Shown: positions 27,250 through 36,455 of the stretch, piece after piece
Layout of the letters: every line of letters starts with the position of its first letter
Position numbering within the stretch: position 1 is the first letter of the stretch
From: a virus
Taxonomy: Duplodnaviria > Caudoviricetes
Strand: one strand, 5' to 3'
Virus record (IMG/VR): IMGVR_UViG_3300044591_001148
Location: 1-52,042 of that record
DNA: 52,042 nt
Notes under the pieces: generated by a model
Seen by the model: only the letters and a program-made list of their open reading frames with translations
What the model was told of the DNA's origin: nothing
The model's database searches: none
Program-made: the position numbers and the translations under genes

Positions 27250-27980
27250 ATGGCTATCGTAACTAACACTTTCACGACATATTCTGCAAAGGGTATTCGG
27301 GAGAACTTGGCAAATATTATCTACAATATATCACCGGAAGAAACTCCATTCCAAAGTAATATTGGAAAAGACAGTGTGCAAAACACGCTGTACGAGTGGC
27401 AAACGGACTCGCTACAGGCTGCGGCTACCAATGCCCAGCTTGAGGGTGATGACATTGGAACCTACGACCCTGTTACCGCAACGGTGCGGATGCAGAACTA
27501 CTGCCAGATCAGCCGCAAAACGGTTGTGCTGTCCAACACCGAGGAAGTTGTCAACAAGGCTGGACGTAAGTCTGAGTTGGCCTACCAGTTGGCCAAAAAA
27601 GGCGCTGAGTTGAAGCGTGACATGGAACTGGTGATGGTTCAGAGCCAAATTGCAAGTGCAGGCAGCACCAGTGCTGCACGTACTACCGGCTCTGTCCTGG
27701 CCTTCATCAAGACCAACACTGATACAACTGGCACTGACCCGTCTTACACAACGCTGCCAAACAGCTTGCGTACCGATGGCACTGTTCGGACCTTTACTGA
27801 AACCATTCTCAAGAATGTGATTCAAAAGACCTGGACATCTGGCGGCACACCGAAAATCCTGATGACAGGTCCGGTGAACAAGCAACGCGTGAGTGGTTTT
27901 GCAGGTATTGCTGCAACCCGCTACAACATTGAAGGTGGCGCTAAACCCGCCACTATCGTTGGTGCTGCTGATGTCTACGT
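27250..27980 (+). CDS. Major capsid protein, exon 1 (DUF5309/SU10-like)
   Basis: RENLANIIYNISPEETPF, EWQTD, NYCQI, ELKRDME; similarity stops at ...ADVYV. Confidence 0.9.
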
Positions 27981-28246
27981 TAATACATGGCGTCACTAAG
28001 CAGTAATGCTTAGTTGTAACTGGGTGAATTCGGTGAACCTCCTAACTGTGAAGCCAAGCAAAGGACAATACCGAGCCAAGCCGAGAAATCGGAAGGTGTA
28101 ACGACTAGAGGCGGGAGCCTCGTAGGACCAAGCGGTCCGAAGTACCCAGCCCCTCAAACGAGGGTGAAGAGATAGTCTGATCTACCAGGTAACTGGTAGC
28201 CCCGAAAGGGGGACGAGAAAATAGCGAATCTCGTTTAACATTGATG
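27981..28246 (+). ncRNA. Group I self-splicing intron (IA-like, no internal ORF), 266 nt
   Basis: Exon ends in U and intron ends in G; P1-P9 helices traceable; core GTAACGACTA and AAGAGATAGTC; removal restores DVYV-SDFG in frame. Confidence 0.93.
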
Positions 28247-28472
28247 CAGTGATTTTGGCAATGTGACGGTGGTAGCAAACAGGTTCCAACGCGAGCGCGA
28301 TGCGCTAGTGCTGGACCCTGAGTACGCATCAGTTGCGTACCTGCGTCCTTTCCAGCAGATGGAACTGGCAAAGACGGGTGACGCTGAGAAGCGGCTGCTG
28401 ATTGTTGAGTACGGCCTGAAGATCACCAGTGAGAATGCTCACGGTCTTGCTGCCGACTTGGTAACGTCCTAA
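28247..28472 (+). CDS. Major capsid protein, exon 2
   Basis: SDFGNVTVVANRF...LAKTGDAEK..EYGL; spliced product is 318 aa. Confidence 0.9.
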
Positions 28473-28477
28473 ACGGA

Positions 28478-28507
28478 GGGGTGGGCCAGGGAAACTTGGT
28501 CCACCTT
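28478..28507 (+). terminator. Stem-loop after the capsid gene (terminator or mRNA stabiliser)
   Basis: GGGGTGGGCCAGG-GAAA-CTTGGTCCACCTT, no U-tract. Confidence 0.5.
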
Positions 28508-28513
28508 CAAAAG

Positions 28514-28828
28514 ATGGAAACACGAATCTTTGACAAAGACGAGACAACAGGCATCACCAGGCTCTGGCATTACAACCCATTGACCGATGAGGCAACCATT
28601 GAGACTCAGCAGGATGTCTCCAATGTGGTGGAGGAGAACAAGGACCAGTTCAACGCTACCGACAACAAGGCCAACTGGACAGGCGAGTGGCACAAGGTGG
28701 CAAGCATTCCACTCAACATCTATTATGAATTGCAGTCCAGCGGCAAGATTACAGATCAAGCCTACATGAAACGCTGGCTTAATGACCCCGACAACAGATT
28801 CTTCAGAACACGACCAGGACAAGTATGA
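28514..28828 (+). CDS. Conserved hypothetical protein following the capsid gene
   Basis: QDV...KVASIP...WLNDPDNRFFRT pattern. Confidence 0.7.
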   Translation: METRIFDKDETTGITRLWHYNPLTDEATIETQQDVSNVVEENKDQFNATDNKANWTGEWHKVASIPLNIYYELQSSGKITDQAYMKRWLNDPDNRFFRTRPGQV

Positions 28829-29454
28829 CAATTATTGCGGTTTGCACTCCAGCGCGTGACATGGTTCACACCCAGTACGCCTATTGCTTGGTAAACATGG
28901 TGGCCTATCACGCCTGCAACACCGATGACCGCATTGACCTCAAAATCATGCAAGGTACGCTGATTCAGAATCAACGGGCAGAGCTGGCGCTGGACGCCAT
29001 GCGCGAGGGTTGCAGCCACATCCTGTTTATTGACTCTGACATGACCTTCCCGCAGGACATGATCCAGCGGCTGATGGCGCATGACCTTGACATCGTGGCT
29101 ACCAACTGCGCCAGGCGTAGGATGCCGACAGGCCCAACTGCCAAGGTTGGCAACAAGCTAATCTACAGCACCCTAGATGACCACGGTCTGCAGGAGGTGG
29201 ACACTATTGGCATGGGCGTTATGCTGATCAAGGCAGACGTCTTCAAGAAGATGTCCGAGCCTTGGTTTGAGACGCCTTGGAGAAATGACAAGCGGGGCTA
29301 TGTCGGCGAGGATGTCTTCTTCTGCCTCAAGGCAAAGGAGATTGGGTATAAAATCTACATTGATCACGATGTCTCTCGGGAAATAGGTCATGTAGGCACC
29401 TTTGAATTCCGACATGAGCACACATGGGTGGTCAAAGACCTGCAGGAGGCATAA
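28825..29454 (+). CDS. Glycosyltransferase (GT-A / GT2-like)
   Basis: LFIDSDM DxD motif, GMGVMLI, GEDVFFC, IGHVG. Confidence 0.75.
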   Translation: MTIIAVCTPARDMVHTQYAYCLVNMVAYHACNTDDRIDLKIMQGTLIQNQRAELALDAMREGCSHILFIDSDMTFPQDMIQRLMAHDLDIVATNCARRRMPTGPTAKVGNKLIYSTLDDHGLQEVDTIGMGVMLIKADVFKKMSEPWFETPWRNDKRGYVGEDVFFCLKAKEIGYKIYIDHDVSREIGHVGTFEFRHEHTWVVKDLQEA

Positions 29455-30078
29455 ATGGCACTCTCTACCTACGCCGAGCTGAAGACATCAGTTGCGGATT
29501 GGCTCAATAGATCAGACCTGACAGCGGCAATTGCTGACTTTGTGACCCTAGCTGAGTCACAGATTGAGCGCGTCCTGCGAAACAGGAATATGCTGACTCG
29601 CGGGACGGGAAACATCACCGCCGAGTACAACGCACTGCCAGCGGATTTCCTTGACGGGTTGACGCTGAAGCTGACGGGAACCAACCCCATCACACCACTC
29701 CAGTTTGAGACACTCAACAGCCTGGACCAGTTGCAAAACACCACTTACCTGTCTGCTGGCAAGCCACTCTTCTACGCCATTATCGGAACCAACTTCCGAG
29801 TCCTGCCGATACCTGACAGCACCTACGCCTACGAGATTGACTACTACGCCAAGCTCGCCAAGTTGAGCGTCAGCAACACAACCAACTGGCTGTTGACTCA
29901 GGCACCAGACATCTACCTGTACGGCTCATTGCTGCAGGCTGCACCTTACTTGCAGAATGACGAGCGCATACCTGTGTGGGTGGCGCTGTACACCAAGGGC
30001 ATTGAAGACTTACGCCTCGCTGACAACAGGTCCAATCAGGCAGGAACTATGCTTGCTCGCGCAAGAACACTAGGATAA
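29455..30078 (+). CDS. Head-tail adaptor / tail tubular protein A-like
   Basis: TYAELK..VADWLNRSDL, LPADFL, NWLL..APD.YLYGSL motifs. Confidence 0.75.
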   Translation: MALSTYAELKTSVADWLNRSDLTAAIADFVTLAESQIERVLRNRNMLTRGTGNITAEYNALPADFLDGLTLKLTGTNPITPLQFETLNSLDQLQNTTYLSAGKPLFYAIIGTNFRVLPIPDSTYAYEIDYYAKLAKLSVSNTTNWLLTQAPDIYLYGSLLQAAPYLQNDERIPVWVALYTKGIEDLRLADNRSNQAGTMLARARTLG

Positions 30079-30081
30079 ATC

Positions 30082-31713
30082 ATGGCAGATACCACGACAA
30101 CCAACCTCTTACTGACCAAGCCAGAAGTTGGTGCCAGCACCGACACATGGGGTACTAAGGGCAACTCTAACCTTGACTTGGTGGACGCACTGTTCGCAGC
30201 GGCTGGCACAGGCACATCAGTTGGCCTGAATGTTGGGGCTGGCAAGACGCTGGCAGTTGCCGGTACGCTGACTGCCACAGGAACCACCAACCTGACATCA
30301 CCAGCAGTCACCACCAGCCTCACAACGCCATCCACCACCTTTGCCTTGGTCAATGCTACGGCAACCACAGTCAACCTGGCTGGCGCTGCCACAGCCGTGA
30401 ACATTGGTGCTGCCACTGGCACTGCCACTGTTAACAACACCACACTGGCGGCGAAAGCCATCACAGCCAGCACCACCCTAGAGGTGACAGGCATCTCCAC
30501 CCTGACAGGTGCAGTTGGCGCACCCGCTGGTGTGACAGGCCCAATCACTTCAAGTTCTGCAACTATCACTGGCGGCAGCATCACAGGCATTACCGACTTG
30601 GCAGTGGCTGACGGTGGGACAGGCGCGTCAACAGCAGCCGCAGCACTGAACAACCTGCTGCCGTCACAGACATCTGCCGCCAACAAGTATTTGCAGTCTG
30701 ATGGCACCAACGCAAACTGGGATGCAGTCACAGTCTCAACTGCCGACATCACAGGCACATTGGGTATCGGCAATGGCGGTACAGGCCAGACCAGCTTTAC
30801 CAACGGTCAACTGCTCATTGGCAACAGCACAGGCAACACGCTGACACCCGCAACACTGACTGCTGGCTCTGGTGTGACCATTACCAATGGCAGCGGTGCC
30901 ATTACCGTTGCCTTCTCTGGTCCAGGCGCTGGCTCAGTCACCAGCGTGGATGTATCTGGTGGCACTACAGGCTTGACCACAAGCGGTGGTCCTATCACTG
31001 GCTCTGGCACCATTACCTTGGCAGGGACATTGGCAGTAGCCAATGGCGGTACGGGAGTCGCCACCAGTACAGGCTCTGGCAGCAATGTATTGTCAACTTC
31101 CCCTACCTTGGTCACGCCTTTGCTTGGCACTCCAACCAGCGGAGTCGCAACCAACCTGACAGGCTTACCTCTCACGACAGGCGTCACTGGCACACTACCA
31201 ATTGCCAACGGCGGTACAGGCGCAACCACTCTGGCGGCGGCTAATATTCCTGTTCTAAATGCTGCCAATACCTTCACTGGCACTCAGACATTCAGCGGTA
31301 CATCATCAGCACTAGCGATGATCTTGAACGACGCAGCAGAGGTGGCGACAGTATCAGCAACAGCGGCCACAGGCACGATTAACTACGATGTCACCACCCA
31401 GTCTGTCCAGTACTACACCAGCAATGCAAGTGCCAACTGGACTGTCAACTTCAGAGCGTCCAGCGGTACATCGTTGAACACTGCCATGACTACGGGGCAG
31501 TCTGTGACTGTGGCTTTCTTGGTCACGCAAGGCTCGACTGCTTACTACAACAATGTGGTGCAGGTAGATGGCACAACAGTGACTCCCAAGTATCAAGGCG
31601 GTACAGCACCAGCGGCTGGTAATGCAAGTTCGGTCGACGTCTATATGTACACCATCGTGAAGACGGGCAGTGCGGCATTCACTGTCTTTGCCTCGCAGAC
31701 CAAGTTTGCATAA
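30082..31713 (+). CDS. Tail fibre protein
   Basis: Thr/Gly/Ala-rich; repeated L-x-[VI]-x-NGGTG; N-terminal [14 protein letters not shown] anchor. Confidence 0.8.
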   Translation: MADTTTTNLLLTKPEVGASTDTWGTKGNSNLDLVDALFAAAGTGTSVGLNVGAGKTLAVAGTLTATGTTNLTSPAVTTSLTTPSTTFALVNATATTVNLAGAATAVNIGAATGTATVNNTTLAAKAITASTTLEVTGISTLTGAVGAPAGVTGPITSSSATITGGSITGITDLAVADGGTGASTAAAALNNLLPSQTSAANKYLQSDGTNANWDAVTVSTADITGTLGIGNGGTGQTSFTNGQLLIGNSTGNTLTPATLTAGSGVTITNGSGAITVAFSGPGAGSVTSVDVSGGTTGLTTSGGPITGSGTITLAGTLAVANGGTGVATSTGSGSNVLSTSPTLVTPLLGTPTSGVATNLTGLPLTTGVTGTLPIANGGTGATTLAAANIPVLNAANTFTGTQTFSGTSSALAMILNDAAEVATVSATAATGTINYDVTTQSVQYYTSNASANWTVNFRASSGTSLNTAMTTGQSVTVAFLVTQGSTAYYNNVVQVDGTTVTPKYQGGTAPAAGNASSVDVYMYTIVKTGSAAFTVFASQTKFA

Positions 31714-31721
31714 GGACTGAT

Positions 31722-33686
31722 ATGCCATTAGTACAAACAAGGGGTGCGGCATCTGCCCAAGGCTTTGGTGAGTTTGCACAGGCGACTGTTGCCAACTACA
31801 TTGAGGATGTGTTCAGCACGTACCTTTATACGGGTAATGGCTCTACAGGTCAAACCATTACCAATAGCATTGACTTGTCCACAAAAGGTGGGCTAGTTTG
31901 GGGAAAAAGTAGAAGTAATGCCACAGATAATTCTTTGGTAGACACAGTTCGTGGAAATGAAAGTATTATTTATTCAAATCTTACGCAAGCGGCAGATACG
32001 CCTATAGCAAATACAATTTCTTTTTTATCTACCGGGTTTAGTGTTAAAAACAATATTTTAAATGCAAATGGGCACACCTACGCCTCATGGACATTCCGCA
32101 AGCAGCCAAAGTTCTTTGATGTTGTGACGTATACGGGGACGGGTTCAAACACAACAATTGCCCACAGCCTCGGCTCTGTACCCGGCAGCATTATTGTCAA
32201 GCGCACAGACACAACAGCAGCGTGGGCGGTTTACCACCGCAGTCTTGCCAATACCGAATATCTTGTTTTAAACAGCACAGCCGCCAAAGCTACGGGAGCA
32301 ACATGGTGGAACAGCACAACCCCCACATCCGCAGTTTTTAGTGTAGGCACTGACGCAAGTGTTAACGCATCAGGCGGCACTTACGTAGCCTACCTTTTCG
32401 CCCATGACGCAGGCGGCTTTGGCCTGACTGGTACGGACAATGTGATTTCGTGTGGATCGTTTACAAGTGATGGCAGTGGAAGTGCAACTGTGAGCCTTGG
32501 ATACGAACCACAGTGGGTAATGATTAAACGGAGTGATGCAAGTGACGATTGGATTATGTTAGATGTCATGCGCGGTATGTCTTTTAGTAATTGTCTAAAA
32601 TTGGCGGCAAACGCATCATCTGCCGAATATAATTTTGGTGCAAACCAAATTTTTCCGACTGCTACTGGTTTTATTGTTAATGGAACATTGTCTGCAAGCG
32701 CTACCTACATCTACATAGCCATACGCCGTGGCCCGATGAAAGTGCCTACGCTGGGGACGAGTGTGTTTAGTCCTAATGTTGTGAATGCGCCATTGGCAAC
32801 AAAAACAACTGTTGGGTTTCCTATAGATTTGCAGATATTCAATTACTTACCGGGAGATGGGGGTAATAGCCCTGTTCTTACTAGACTTGCAGGTGTCTCT
32901 ACAAACTCCACATCAAGTGGGTCTTTGTTAACAACATCATCTACTGCCGCAGAGTCTTCCGCCTCCGGGTTTTGCCTTGGTTGGGACAATACGGGTTTCC
33001 AAATGCCTAGTGGCTACACAAACAGTAATGTAGTCTTTTACAATTTTGGACGCGCCCCCGGCTTCTTTGATGTGGTTTGCTATACGGGGAATGGAACAGC
33101 AGGTAGAGCCGTGGCGCACAATTTAGCGGCAGTGCCTGAGTTTATGATTATTAAATACCGGAATGACGTGCAAAGTTGGTTTGTATTTCACTCCTTTGGG
33201 ACTTCTATTTATAGGCGTCAGTTTTTAAATTTAACCGACTCAACGGGCGGTTCAGGGGATTATTCTTACGGCTCTGGCGGTATGTACCAAAAGCCAGACG
33301 CAACAAACTTTTATTTGGAGGCCGTTAATGCAAATCAAAGTGGCGGCACCTTTGTCGCCTACCTTTTTGCCACAGTATCAGGCGTCTCCAAAGTGTTTTC
33401 ATATACAGGCAACGGCTCATCACAGACAATTAACTGTGGCTTTACAGGCGGGTCAAGATTCGTAATGATTAAGCGTACTGACGCAGCAGGCGACTGGTAC
33501 GTCTGGGACAGCGCAAGGGGAATTGTTGCAGGGAATGACCCACACCTCAGCCTCAACACAACAGCCGCTGAAGTCACGACAGACGACAGCGTGGACACAG
33601 ACAACACGGGTTTTATTGTCAATCAAGTAGCCGCAACAAATGTAAATGTTTCTTCTGCAACCTACATTGGACTCGCAATCGCGTAA
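31722..33686 (+). CDS. Tail fibre / receptor-binding protein with repeated beta domains
   Basis: Repeated YTGNG...P..V.IKR...W units. Confidence 0.7.
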   Translation: MPLVQTRGAASAQGFGEFAQATVANYIEDVFSTYLYTGNGSTGQTITNSIDLSTKGGLVWGKSRSNATDNSLVDTVRGNESIIYSNLTQAADTPIANTISFLSTGFSVKNNILNANGHTYASWTFRKQPKFFDVVTYTGTGSNTTIAHSLGSVPGSIIVKRTDTTAAWAVYHRSLANTEYLVLNSTAAKATGATWWNSTTPTSAVFSVGTDASVNASGGTYVAYLFAHDAGGFGLTGTDNVISCGSFTSDGSGSATVSLGYEPQWVMIKRSDASDDWIMLDVMRGMSFSNCLKLAANASSAEYNFGANQIFPTATGFIVNGTLSASATYIYIAIRRGPMKVPTLGTSVFSPNVVNAPLATKTTVGFPIDLQIFNYLPGDGGNSPVLTRLAGVSTNSTSSGSLLTTSSTAAESSASGFCLGWDNTGFQMPSGYTNSNVVFYNFGRAPGFFDVVCYTGNGTAGRAVAHNLAAVPEFMIIKYRNDVQSWFVFHSFGTSIYRRQFLNLTDSTGGSGDYSYGSGGMYQKPDATNFYLEAVNANQSGGTFVAYLFATVSGVSKVFSYTGNGSSQTINCGFTGGSRFVMIKRTDAAGDWYVWDSARGIVAGNDPHLSLNTTAAEVTTDDSVDTDNTGFIVNQVAATNVNVSSATYIGLAIA

Positions 33687-33695
33687 GGACACACT

Positions 33696-34175
33696 ATGCA
33701 AATCAGAACAAATGACGGTCAGGTAATGTACGAGGCAGAGTTTCGTGCATACCAAAAAGCCAATGGTGGCCCAGCGTGGGACACAACGACAACCGAGGTC
33801 TTAACGGCTCTGGGTGCTGATGTCGTCTTTGAAGGACCACAAGCCTCTGGCGGGACGGTCTACCAGTACAGCCAACGTGATGGCGTCGAGCAGATCAGCG
33901 GCAAGTGGTACACCAAGTACATCCTTGGCCCTGTCTTCACCGACACAGAAGACACAACTGCCGCCGAGAACGAAGCTGCATACAAGGCCAGCAAGGACGC
34001 AGAGCAAGCCAAGGCGGTACGCACCAGCCGGGATGACAAGCTGACTGAGACTGATTGGCGGTTTCGCAGTGATATGACACCTTCGCAGGCGTGGAAAGAT
34101 TACTGCCAAGCCTTGCGAGACATCCCAGCACAGGCTGGATTTCCTTGGACCGTTACTTGGCCTGACGCACCATGA
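33696..34175 (+). CDS. Tail fibre assembly chaperone
   Basis: R..RD..L.ETDW...W..Y.QALRDIP.Q.GFP....WP motif. Confidence 0.8.
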   Translation: MQIRTNDGQVMYEAEFRAYQKANGGPAWDTTTTEVLTALGADVVFEGPQASGGTVYQYSQRDGVEQISGKWYTKYILGPVFTDTEDTTAAENEAAYKASKDAEQAKAVRTSRDDKLTETDWRFRSDMTPSQAWKDYCQALRDIPAQAGFPWTVTWPDAP

Positions 34176-34342
34176 GTGAAATAGACATCCGATTGACGAG
34201 CCACGAGGCAGTGTGTGCAGAACGGTATGCACAGATCAATGCTCGGCTCAAGCGGCTGGAAGGCGTGATCATGAAGACCACTGGCGTCTTGATCGTCAGT
34301 ATGTCAGCCATCGTTTACGCATCTCTGACGTTGGGCAGATGA
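34172..34342 (+). CDS. Small membrane protein (HEAVCAERY family)
   Basis: 56 aa; ATGA overlap; C-terminal hydrophobic helix. Confidence 0.7.
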   Translation: MSEIDIRLTSHEAVCAERYAQINARLKRLEGVIMKTTGVLIVSMSAIVYASLTLGR

Positions 34343-34343
34343 A

Positions 34344-34496
34344 GTGGATTTCTTTGAAGTCCTGTCCAAAGCCTGGCCCATCCTGCTGGCGCTGATCACC
34401 TTGATCATCGTCTTGGCAAAGTTGGACCTGCGGGTAGCTGTCTTGGAGGACAAGATCAAAACGCTGTTTGAGATGTGGAATAGGCGGGACAAATGA
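34344..34496 (+). CDS. Small membrane protein
   Basis: GTG start, 50 aa, hydrophobic helix plus VLEDKIKTLFE; stop overlaps the next ATG. Confidence 0.6.
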   Translation: MDFFEVLSKAWPILLALITLIIVLAKLDLRVAVLEDKIKTLFEMWNRRDK

Positions 34497-34969
34497 TTGA
34501 TCCGCTAACCGCCTTTGCTGTAGCCCAAGGAGCCATCAAAGGGATACAAGCTGCCATCAAGATGGGCAAGGACATCAATGGCATCTCTGGCGACTTAATG
34601 AAGTTCTTCGAGGCGAAGGACGTTATCGCCAAGGAGTCAGTCAAGAAAAAGCCAAAGGGCTTTGGCAAGAGCGATACGGCAGTGGCGTTTGAGACGGTGA
34701 TGCAGCTCAAGCAGCTCCAAGACGCAGAGAACGAGCTGAAGCAGATGCTGATCTGGTCAGGCAATGACGATGTCTGGAACGCCCTGATGCTGGAGCGTAA
34801 CCGCATGGTGGCTGAGCGCAAAAAGGCAGAGGCAGAGAAGGCTCAGGCCAAGGCACTGAGGGCTAAAGAGATTAACGACATCCTGACCTTTGGCCTGTGG
34901 GCTGCATTGGTGGCTGTAGTGATTGGTTTAACCGCGTGGTTTACGTGGCAACTCGTGGGGGACACATGA
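34493..34969 (+). CDS. Conserved phage membrane protein (MIDPLTA...)
   Basis: Coiled coil plus C-terminal TM helix; its 3' end recurs at window positions 3-17. Confidence 0.7.
   Translation: MIDPLTAFAVAQGAIKGIQAAIKMGKDINGISGDLMKFFEAKDVIAKESVKKKPKGFGKSDTAVAFETVMQLKQLQDAENELKQMLIWSGNDDVWNALMLERNRMVAERKKAEAEKAQAKALRAKEINDILTFGLWAALVAVVIGLTAWFTWQLVGDT
34955..34969 (+). repeat. 15-bp direct repeat shared with positions 3-17
   Basis: GTGGGGGACACATGA at both places, each containing an ATGA stop/start overlap. Confidence 0.85.
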
Positions 34970-35421
34970 TCGACTTAACCAAAACCATCGGGGCAGTCGC
35001 AGCCAGCATTGCAGCCATTGGCGGCGGGTACACGTTGGCAGACAAGTTTGGTTGGTTTGACAGAGCCATTCTTGAGTGGTCACCAGAGCATTTTAAAATC
35101 ACAGCGGCGGCAGGGCAACCTATCAATGTGACAGTGGCCCGGATTAAAAAGCGTGATGATTGCTCTGTTGAGAGTTTTACCCCAAGCATCCGTGACGCAG
35201 CAGGTATGGTGCACGAGGCAACGACAACGGCAAGCAAATTCAGCGGCCCAGCAGGGCCAACGATTGACACGTTTACCTACCAATTGACTATGGTGCAAAA
35301 AGAAAAGATTGCACCCGGCACAGCCACCCTTCTGGCAACGATCAAATACAAATGCCCCGAGGGTGAGCGCGTTGTGCAGTACCCACGCCATGCAAACCTG
35401 AGTTTTGACTTGAAAGGCTGA
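34966..35421 (+). CDS. Membrane-anchored hypothetical protein, lysis module B
   Basis: ATG at 34966; N-terminal hydrophobic helix; two Cys. Confidence 0.6.
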   Translation: MIDLTKTIGAVAASIAAIGGGYTLADKFGWFDRAILEWSPEHFKITAAAGQPINVTVARIKKRDDCSVESFTPSIRDAAGMVHEATTTASKFSGPAGPTIDTFTYQLTMVQKEKIAPGTATLLATIKYKCPEGERVVQYPRHANLSFDLKG

Positions 35422-35423
35422 CC

Positions 35424-35915
35424 ATGCTAACCCTACTCTCGACCCTGATCTCCTTCCTCGCCGGGGGCTTGCCAAAGCTGCTTGGCTTTTTCCAAGACAG
35501 GGCAGACAAGAAGCATGAGATGGCCATGGCCCAATTGCAGATCGAGCGAGAGCTGGAGATGCGCAAGGCCGGGTACGAAGCCCAGCAAAGGGTCGAGGAG
35601 ATCAAGATCGAAGGGCAGATGATCGAGGCAGAGGCATCAGAACGAGCGGCCTTGTACGCGCACGACATCGCCATAGGTCAGGGCGCCAGCCAGTGGATGG
35701 TCAATCTCCGGGCCGGTGTCCGGCCCCTGTTGACTTACGGCTTCTTCTTGCTATTTACCTTCGTCGAAGTCGGCGGGTTTGTCTACGCTTGGAACCACGG
35801 GGTGGCGTTCGATGTTCTGCTCACCAAGTTGTGGAACTCTGACACTCAGATCATCTTTGCATCGATCATCAGCTTCCACTTCGGCGGCCGGGCATTCAAA
35901 GGCGGCAAGGATTGA
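35424..35915 (+). CDS. Holin-like membrane protein
   Basis: LRAGVRPLLTY...FHFGGR motifs; TM helices; directly before the lysozyme. Confidence 0.6.
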   Translation: MLTLLSTLISFLAGGLPKLLGFFQDRADKKHEMAMAQLQIERELEMRKAGYEAQQRVEEIKIEGQMIEAEASERAALYAHDIAIGQGASQWMVNLRAGVRPLLTYGFFLLFTFVEVGGFVYAWNHGVAFDVLLTKLWNSDTQIIFASIISFHFGGRAFKGGKD

Positions 35916-36388
35916 AAGTCTCTGCCCGTTGCAAGGAGATGATCAAGCACCACGAGGGTGTTCGATTTAAACCGTACCGATGCCCAGCGCGTCTTTTTAC
36001 GATTGGAGTAGGTCATGTCCTTTACCCAGATCAAGGTCGCTTACCTTTGGATCAAAGAGACGCTTTCCCACTTGCGGCAGCAGATAACCGCACGTTTTCA
36101 AAGGCAGAAGTAGATGGAATTCTTGGCCGCGATCTTCAGCGATTTGAGGTTGGGGTTGCCAAGCTCTTTCCCGTGGTTCTCACCCAAGGCCAGTTTGATG
36201 CTCTCGTCAGCTTTGCTTTTAATCTCGGTCTGGGAGGAGTTCAGCGATCAACGCTCCGTCAAAAGGTTCTTCGCGGAGAGATCGAAGAAGCGGCGGACGA
36301 GTTTCTGAAATTCACAAGGGGCGGGGGCAAAATCCTGCCCGGACTGGTAAAGCGCAGAAATGATGAACGCGCCCTGTTCTTAATGTAA
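35912..36388 (+). CDS. Endolysin, GH24 lysozyme
   Basis: HEG-x-..Y-x-C-x5-TIG catalytic triad, QFDALVSFAFNLG, GLVKRR..E. Confidence 0.92.
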   Translation: MKVSARCKEMIKHHEGVRFKPYRCPARLFTIGVGHVLYPDQGRLPLDQRDAFPLAAADNRTFSKAEVDGILGRDLQRFEVGVAKLFPVVLTQGQFDALVSFAFNLGLGGVQRSTLRQKVLRGEIEEAADEFLKFTRGGGKILPGLVKRRNDERALFLM

Positions 36389-36393
36389 AATCT

Positions 36394-36439
36394 TTGCGGG
36401 GCCACTGCGCCCGCAATAGGCCGCCTAGTGCGGCTTTCC
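36394..36439 (+). terminator. Tandem hairpins after the lysozyme
   Basis: TTGCGGG..CCCGCAA then GGCCGC-CTAGT-GCGGCT-TT. Confidence 0.5.
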
Positions 36440-36455
36440 TATTTGTGGAGCGAAT

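Noticed and set aside
28182-28234. tRNA or terminator suggested by clustered hairpins
   Set aside because: No cloverleaf or T-loop; these are the P9 domain of the intron
27250-28472. Capsid pseudogene, frameshift or two separate genes
   Set aside because: The 266-nt insert folds as a complete group I intron and its exact removal restores the frame
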